NCBI GenBank assembly: GCA_046082485.1
Contig: JBJTXX010000467.1
Span: forward strand, 1 to 49,246
DNA: 49,246 bases
From: Actinomycetota bacterium
GTDB lineage: Bacteria > Actinomycetota > Acidimicrobiia > Acidimicrobiales > Ilumatobacteraceae
Direction: 5' to 3'
Made by a program: the position numbers and the translations under genes. Below, one piece after another: positions 44,612 to 49,246 of the stretch. The notes beneath the pieces were generated by a model. The model did no database searches, was not told the origin of the DNA, and worked only from the letters and a program-made list of their open reading frames with translations. Every line of letters starts with the position of its first letter. The stretch's first letter is position 1.

Positions 44612-45310
44612 TCAGACGAGGGCCGGCGACTGGCTCTGGATCCAGTCCTCGAGGTGAGGGGTGCACTCGAGGCTGGTGATGAGGGCGTACCGCGGCGTGG
44701 TGGCGTTGTGCACCACCACGTGCCAGAGACGCTGGGTGTCGACCACGAACCGCGAGCCGCGGGCCAGCGGCACACGCCGCTCGGTGCCGCGAACGGGCAG
44801 GTTGTCGTCGCCGAGATCCATCAACAGCATGTAGCTGTCGGGGGAATCGGTCAGCTCCACCCACGTGCGCACCACCCAGCCGGTGCCCTCGGGGTTGAAC
44901 CGGTTGTTGTCGTCGCGATGGAAACTGCGCAGGGCGGTCTCGTGATCCTGCGGCTCGAGCTTGATGATGCGCACCCGACCGAAGTTGGCGCCGATGCCGT
45001 CGACGTAGGCCTTCAGCGTGGGTGCCTTGTCCGCGTTCGAGGTCCAGAGCGCGTCCTTGTCGGTCTTGCCCTTGTCCCAGAAGCCACGGCAGTCGAGTTG
45101 CCCGTCGGCCGAGGCGAGGGGGGCGAAGTTCGTGTCGCCGCCGCTCTTCCAGTCCATGTACTCGAGCGACTCCCACTCGAGCGCGGGCACGTCGACGTCG
45201 AGGGGTTCGAGCATCGCGAAGCCGGTGTCCTCCAGCGAGGGGCACAGGTAGTGGTTCGTGCGCCGGGGGATGGCGACGCTCCAGTGCTCGGAGTTGGGCC
45301 AGAAACTCAT
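44612..45310 (-). CDS. Cupin-fold Asp/Asn beta-hydroxylase-like (AspH/LpxO family) oxygenase
   Basis: LEPQDHETALRSFHRDDNN ... RTWVEL ... GSRFVVDTQRLWHVVVHNATTPRYALI fits the His-x-Asp...His cupin pattern. I chose the start at ATG 45310 because hand-counted GC3 falls from about 95 percent (39 of 41 codons) after it to about 70 percent in the in-frame upstream extension. Confidence 0.55.
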   Translation of the reverse strand: MSFWPNSEHWSVAIPRRTNHYLCPSLEDTGFAMLEPLDVDVPALEWESLEYMDWKSGGDTNFAPLASADGQLDCRGFWDKGKTDKDALWTSNADKAPTLKAYVDGIGANFGRVRIIKLEPQDHETALRSFHRDDNNRFNPEGTGWVVRTWVELTDSPDSYMLLMDLGDDNLPVRGTERRVPLARGSRFVVDTQRLWHVVVHNATTPRYALITSLECTPHLEDWIQSQSPALV

Positions 45311-45420
45311 GCGGCGAGCGTATCCCAGCCGTTCCGGGCCCGGCAGGGCAGAAGGTCCCGAGGCAACGGCGATCTCCGAGCCGACCACCCGTCCGGCCGG
45401 CTCGAGGATCATCGTGGATC

Positions 45421-45500
45421 GGAGTTCCCGGCGGTCACCCGTGCTCCGGGGGGCGGAAGCGGGTGACCTGCCGGGACTCCGAGGTTGCGTCCCCGCAACC
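45421..45500 (-). other. Two adjacent stem-loops in the 252-nt spacer between the LysM gene and the hydroxylase-like gene
   Basis: GGAGTTCCCGGCGGTCACCC (45421-45440) pairs with GGGTGACCTGCCGGGACTCC (45461-45480), giving about 18 of 20 pairs with bulges. GGTTGCG-TCCC-CGCAACC lies at 45483-45500. Confidence 0.6.
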
Positions 45501-45562
45501 TTCAACCAACACGCCTCTTCCATCGGCACCGCGGGTGACGGGCTTGAGGGAAATTTCGTGAA

Positions 45563-45919
45563 TCAGGGCGCGACGCTGGACGAAGTCGCGGGCGACGCCG
45601 CCGAGGTGGGCGGAAGCGTGTCGGCCACCTGCTTCGGCGGCGGGATCTTCAGAACCTGGCCGGCCTCGATGTGGTCGGGGTCGTCGATGCCGTTCACGCT
45701 CATCAGGTCGGCCTGCGTCACCCCGAACGACTCGGCGATCTTGCTGAGGATGTCGCCGCTCTGCACCTCGTAGTAGCTCACCATCGTGGTCGTGGTGACG
45801 AGCATCGTGGTCGTCGTGGTGGTGGTGATCATCGGGGGCAAGGTGTCGCTGCTGCCGCTGTCGTCGCCGCAGCCGGCAGCCACTGCCAGCACGGCCACAG
45901 CCCCGGCGATTCCCGACAT
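45563..45919 (-). CDS. LysM-domain lipoprotein
   Basis: The signal peptide has a lipobox (AVLAVAAGC). A poly-Thr linker (TTTTTTTMLVTTTT) follows, then the LysM motif YYEVQSGDILSKIAESFGVTQADLMSVNGI.DPD.I..GQVLKIP. An alternative upstream ATG lies at 45970. Confidence 0.8.
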   Translation of the reverse strand: MSGIAGAVAVLAVAAGCGDDSGSSDTLPPMITTTTTTTMLVTTTTMVSYYEVQSGDILSKIAESFGVTQADLMSVNGIDDPDHIEAGQVLKIPPPKQVADTLPPTSAASPATSSSVAP

Positions 45920-46015
45920 CCGGCGCCTCGCCCGCACCGCTACACGGTCCGATCCCACGCCGCGGAGCATACGCCGGTTGGGTGCCGACGGCCACCGCGC
46001 CGTAGCCTGCGCCGA

Positions 46016-46927
46016 ATGGACGAGGTGACGTACCCGGGTGCGCAGGCCCCCGCCCGGCAGTACCACCTCGACGTGAACGGGGTCTCGATCGCCGTGCACG
46101 AATGGGGCGACGAGACCGCCGATCCCCTGTTCCTGGTGCACGGTGGGCTCGATTTCGCACGCACCTACTCGGCGTTCGCACCTCGCCTCGCCGCCGCCGG
46201 ACGGCGGGTCGTCGCCTGGGACCAACGCGGGCACGGTGACAGCGAGCACGCCGCGCTCTACGGATGGGATGCCGACATCCGCGACGCGATCGGCGTGATG
46301 TCGCGCATCACCTCGCGTCCAGCGCCGGTGGTGGGTCACAGCAAGGGCGGTGCGCTGATGATCCAGTTGGCCGACGCGCACCCGTTCCGGTTCAGCCACC
46401 TCGTGAACCTCGACGGGCTGCCCTCCAAGCGGCCGATGGCCGACGTGGCCGAACACGAACGCACTCGCATGATGGCCAGCGACCTCGCCGGCTGGCTCGA
46501 CCACCGTCGCACCACCGCCACCGCTTCGCGCAAGGCGGGCAGTCTGCAGGAACTGGCCGAGCGTCGGGCGAAACTGAACCCGCGCCTGCCCATCGAGTGG
46601 CTGCGCTACCTGGTGAGTGTCGGTGCGCGTCACGACGTCGACGGCTGGCGCTGGAAGCTCGACCCATCCCTGCGCTTCGGTGGTTTCGGCCCGTGGCGAC
46701 CGGAATGGACGGCCCTGCGCCTGCCGGGCCTCGGCATGCCGTTCCTCGGTGTGCTCGCCGGCCAGCAGGAACCAATGGGCTGGGGCACCCTGCCGCACCA
46801 CATCACCCCGATGCTGCCACCCGGCGGACGACTGGAAGTGATGAAGGACGCCGGCCACTTCGTGCACATCGAACAGGGCGAGTATGTCGCCTCGATAACC
46901 CTCGACTTCCTCGGGGGTGGGCGATGA
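46016..46927 (+). CDS. Alpha/beta hydrolase
   Basis: Has LFLVHGGLD, the nucleophile elbow VVGHSKGG and a C-terminal DAGHFVH catalytic His block. Confidence 0.85.
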   Translation: MDEVTYPGAQAPARQYHLDVNGVSIAVHEWGDETADPLFLVHGGLDFARTYSAFAPRLAAAGRRVVAWDQRGHGDSEHAALYGWDADIRDAIGVMSRITSRPAPVVGHSKGGALMIQLADAHPFRFSHLVNLDGLPSKRPMADVAEHERTRMMASDLAGWLDHRRTTATASRKAGSLQELAERRAKLNPRLPIEWLRYLVSVGARHDVDGWRWKLDPSLRFGGFGPWRPEWTALRLPGLGMPFLGVLAGQQEPMGWGTLPHHITPMLPPGGRLEVMKDAGHFVHIEQGEYVASITLDFLGGGR

Positions 46928-47571
46928 CCGTCGAGTTCCTCACTCACAACCGCATCCAGTTGGCGCTGCACCGCCTCCGCGAGGGCGATGGTCGGCCACT
47001 GCTGCTGCTGCACGGTCTGGGCGAGCAGGCCCCGACATCGGTGCCGCACTGGGCCGCCGACTGGCCCGGGCCCGTGACGGCGCTCGACTTCACCGGGCAC
47101 GGCCGATCCACGGTGCCTGCCGGTGGCGGCTACTCGGCCGAGATCCTGCTGGCCGACGCCGACATCGCGCTGGGTGCACTCGGCGAGTCGACCGTGGTGG
47201 GCCGGGGCCTTGGTGCCTACATCGCGCTGCTGCTGGCCGGTGCACGCCCCGCGTTGGTGCGCGGCGCCGTGCTGTGCGACGGACCCGGCCTGTGGGGCGG
47301 CCCGTCCGGGCCGACCTCGAGTTCCTTCATCGTGCTGTCCGATTCGCGAGAGGTGCCCGACCCGTACGCGCTGGCCGACCTGTCGCGTGATCTCCGCCCG
47401 CGCGACTACGCCTCGTTGTTCGTGCGCCTCGCGCTGCAGGGCAGCGGTGTCGACGAGCCGATCAGCGTGGTGGCGGGTGTGCGTCCGCCCTGGCTGGAGG
47501 CCGTGGTCGACGAGGTCGGAGTGGTGGAGACCACCCTCGAGCAGGCGCTGCTCACCTACTCCGCGCTCTGA
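46924..47571 (+). CDS. Alpha/beta-hydrolase-fold protein with non-canonical nucleophile elbow
   Basis: The ATG at 46924 overlaps the upstream stop (ATGA). It has LLLLHGLGE and DFTGHGRS, but the elbow reads VVGRGLGAY where G-x-S-x-G is expected. Confidence 0.65.
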   Translation: MTVEFLTHNRIQLALHRLREGDGRPLLLLHGLGEQAPTSVPHWAADWPGPVTALDFTGHGRSTVPAGGGYSAEILLADADIALGALGESTVVGRGLGAYIALLLAGARPALVRGAVLCDGPGLWGGPSGPTSSSFIVLSDSREVPDPYALADLSRDLRPRDYASLFVRLALQGSGVDEPISVVAGVRPPWLEAVVDEVGVVETTLEQALLTYSAL

Positions 47572-47601
47572 TCATCCACGGGCCGCGTGAACAGCAGGGG
47601 T

Positions 47602-48663
47602 TCAGACCTGCCGATGGCTGACGTAGGCCGCCAGCGCCACCAACTCGTCGCGGGCGACGCTGTCGATCGGCGCCCGGCCGATGGCCGACACGGCCTCGTC
47701 GGTGAGACGGCTGATGGTCTCCTCGAGGTCGGCCAGCGCCCCGGTCTCGACGATCACCTGCTGCACCCGGGCGACATCGACGTCGGAGAGCGTGGTGGTG
47801 CCCACCAGATCCAGCACGTGCAACTGGGCTGCGTCGGCTCGCTCGAACGCGCGGGCCAGCAGTGGTGTGGGCTTGCCCTCGCGCAGGTCGCCGCCCACGG
47901 GCTTGCCGGTGAGCGCCTCGTCGCCGAATGCGCCCATCACGTCGTCGCGCATCTGGAAGGCATCGCCCAACGGCAGGCCATACGCGCTGAGCGCTGGCAG
48001 CAGGTCGGGCCGGTCGGGGGCGGCCATCGCCGCACCGAGGTGCAGGGGGCGCTCGATCGTGTACTTGCCGCTCTTGTAGCGGCAGATGCGCTCGGCCTTG
48101 TCGCGACGGCGCTCGTTGCGCACGCTGCCGAGGATGTCGAGCACCTGGCCGATGTTCAGTTCGATGCGCAGTTCGTCCCAGATGTGCCAGGCGGCTTTCG
48201 GCACCGGGGCCATCAGGCGGTCGGCGAACACGAAGGCGAGGTCGCCCACGAGGATGGCGACGCCGTCACCGAAGCGCCGCCCGTCGCCCGCCCACCCCTG
48301 TTCGGCATGCAGCGCCGTGTACCGGTGGTGAGTGGTCGGCGCGCCGCGACGGCTGTCCGCGTCGTCCATCACGTCGTCGTGGAAGAGGGCGAACGCGTGC
48401 ATGAGCTCGAAGGCCGCACCCGCATCCACCACCATCGGGTCGTCGGGGTCACCGCCGGCGCCGACGAACGCCCAGTGGCAGAACGCCGGCCTCAGGCGCT
48501 TGCCGCCGACCAGCACCAGACGACCGATCTCGCCCACCGGGCCGGCCAGTTCGGGGTCGAAACCCGACCATCTGGATTCCTCGGCGGCGAGCACCTCGGC
48601 GAGCCGGGTCTGCACCCGGGTGGCGATGCCGGCAAGGGAGGGCGGGGGAGCCGACGGGGTCAC
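47602..48663 (-). CDS. Polyprenyl diphosphate synthase (trans-IPPS, GGPP/long-chain type)
   Basis: GGKRLRP, first Asp-rich motif FHDDVMDDADSRRG, and second motif GDAFQMRDDVMG. Confidence 0.9.
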   Translation of the reverse strand: MTPSAPPPSLAGIATRVQTRLAEVLAAEESRWSGFDPELAGPVGEIGRLVLVGGKRLRPAFCHWAFVGAGGDPDDPMVVDAGAAFELMHAFALFHDDVMDDADSRRGAPTTHHRYTALHAEQGWAGDGRRFGDGVAILVGDLAFVFADRLMAPVPKAAWHIWDELRIELNIGQVLDILGSVRNERRRDKAERICRYKSGKYTIERPLHLGAAMAAPDRPDLLPALSAYGLPLGDAFQMRDDVMGAFGDEALTGKPVGGDLREGKPTPLLARAFERADAAQLHVLDLVGTTTLSDVDVARVQQVIVETGALADLEETISRLTDEAVSAIGRAPIDSVARDELVALAAYVSHRQV

Positions 48664-48758
48664 GCACGGCAGGCTAGGGGCAATCCCCCACCGCCGCTCT
48701 GCGGGTTCCCGGGTCGGGAGGACCGCCCGGTCGGCGCTGGTCAGCGGGCGAACCAGCG

Positions 48759-48971
48759 TCAGTCGGTCTCGGCCAGACCGGCCACCGCGGCCTCGATCTG
48801 CAGCTTGGCGCTGCCGATGCGCTCACGGCAGAAGCCGATGAGCTGCGTGGCGCGTTGCACGCGTGCCGCCAGCACGTCGACGTCGACGTCGGCACTCTCG
48901 AGGTCGGCGAGGATGCCCTCCAGTTCGGCGAGGGCCTCTGCGTAGCCGATGGGGTCGGGTGAGTTGGTCAT
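48759..48971 (-). CDS. xseB: Exodeoxyribonuclease VII small subunit
   Basis: 70 aa. YAEALAELEGILADLES.DVDVD.L...V.RA..L...C...I fits the family pattern. The start overlaps the xseA stop (ATGA). Confidence 0.9.
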   Translation of the reverse strand: MTNSPDPIGYAEALAELEGILADLESADVDVDVLAARVQRATQLIGFCRERIGSAKLQIEAAVAGLAETD

Positions 48972-49246
48972 TGCGTGGTCTCCTCCACACGGCTGCGAGC
49001 CGTGCCAGTGGCGAATGTGGTGATGATCTCGTCGCCCGGCCGCAGGTCGGCAGCCGAGCGCACGGTTCGGCCGTCAGCCGAGCGGGTGATGCTCCAGCCC
49101 CTGGCCATCGTGTGCACGGGGTCGAGCAGGCGCACCCTGCCCGCGAGCCCTTCGAGGTGGCGCAGTTCGGAATCGACGCGTTGCGGCGCTCGTGTCACCG
49201 CAGCGCTCGCGGCATCGAGGTGCTGACCGGCGCGCTGCACCACGTG
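48968..49246 (-). CDS. xseA: Exodeoxyribonuclease VII large subunit, C-terminal fragment (runs off window)
   Basis: The frame is open to the window edge. The C-terminal LDPVHTMARGWSITRSADGRTVRSAADLRPGDEIITTFATG matches the XseA tail. It lies directly upstream of xseB. Confidence 0.85.
   Translation of the reverse strand, partial: HVVQRAGQHLDAASAAVTRAPQRVDSELRHLEGLAGRVRLLDPVHTMARGWSITRSADGRTVRSAADLRPGDEIITTFATGTARSRVEETTQ

Noticed and set aside
45435-45512. 25-codon GTG-initiated small ORF (VLVEGCGDATSESRQVTRFRPPEHG) in the spacer upstream of the orphan tailoring cluster, considered as a possible precursor peptide.
   Set aside because: It has no SD and a non-ATG start. It coincides with the hairpins and is the tail of a long spurious frame overlapping the LysM gene. 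The sequence alone cannot support it, so it is worth only a comparative-genomics check.
45311-45529. In-frame upstream extension that would make the hydroxylase-like protein 305 aa.
   Set aside because: Hand-counted GC3 drops sharply in the extension. The extension also runs straight through two strong stem-loops, and its sequence (…PRSPGRSPASAPRSTGDRR…) is low complexity.

Overview
This is a very high-GC chromosomal segment. Third codon positions in real genes are almost all G/C, and the long antisense ORFs are artefacts of that composition. The gene content looks like Actinomycetota: an F420/LLM-type enzyme, an MT0933-like small protein, an MshD-like tandem GNAT and a tRNA Glu-Asp-Phe cluster. 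The caa3-type oxidase with fused cytochrome c hints at an Acidimicrobiia-like lineage, but that is inference only.

I can support about 55 CDS, 3 tRNAs, a few hairpin terminators and one short repeat/G-run element. I saw no CRISPR array, rRNA, transposase or integrase.

Main blocks:
- 1-1148: cytochrome c maturation genes (TlpA/ResA-like thioredoxin plus CcdA).
- 1145-6644: housekeeping genes (pdxH, serS, an ABC-2 exporter, an HtrA-like protease).
- 6652-16258: nine co-directional respiratory genes on the minus strand, in the order ctaB, three unusual genes, ctaC-ctaD-ctaE-ctaF, ctaG.
- 16378-20256: clpS, an FtsH-like protease and an M90 peptidase.
- 20263-24287: a MacB-type ABC system with two FtsX permeases, plus an LLM oxidoreductase.
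- 24331-25895: an ECF sigma factor with a repeat-rich putative anti-sigma factor.
- 29060-31170: a ferric-reductase-like / FMN-binding / ApbE operon.
- 34301-34580: the tRNA cluster.
- 36469-39969: hbd, aat and a MeaA-like mutase.
- 39984-45310: an orphan enzyme cluster (NPP phosphodiesterase, B12-radical SAM, PF14907-like nucleotidyltransferase, AspH-like hydroxylase).
- 45563-49246: a LysM lipoprotein, two alpha/beta-hydrolase-fold genes, a polyprenyl synthase and xseBA.

The most interesting signal is the three-gene module at 11820-15212, embedded in the oxidase operon. It encodes a heme-copper-oxidase subunit I paralogue that keeps the fold-defining blocks but has none of the canonical heme/CuB histidines. 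That gene is translationally coupled to a divergent subunit III paralogue. Next comes a polytopic membrane protein with a beta-rich, possibly cupredoxin-like, C-terminal domain that has no copper-ligand pattern. I am not aware of a described function for such a ligand-less 'shadow oxidase'. All homology calls are motif recognition by eye and need database confirmation.
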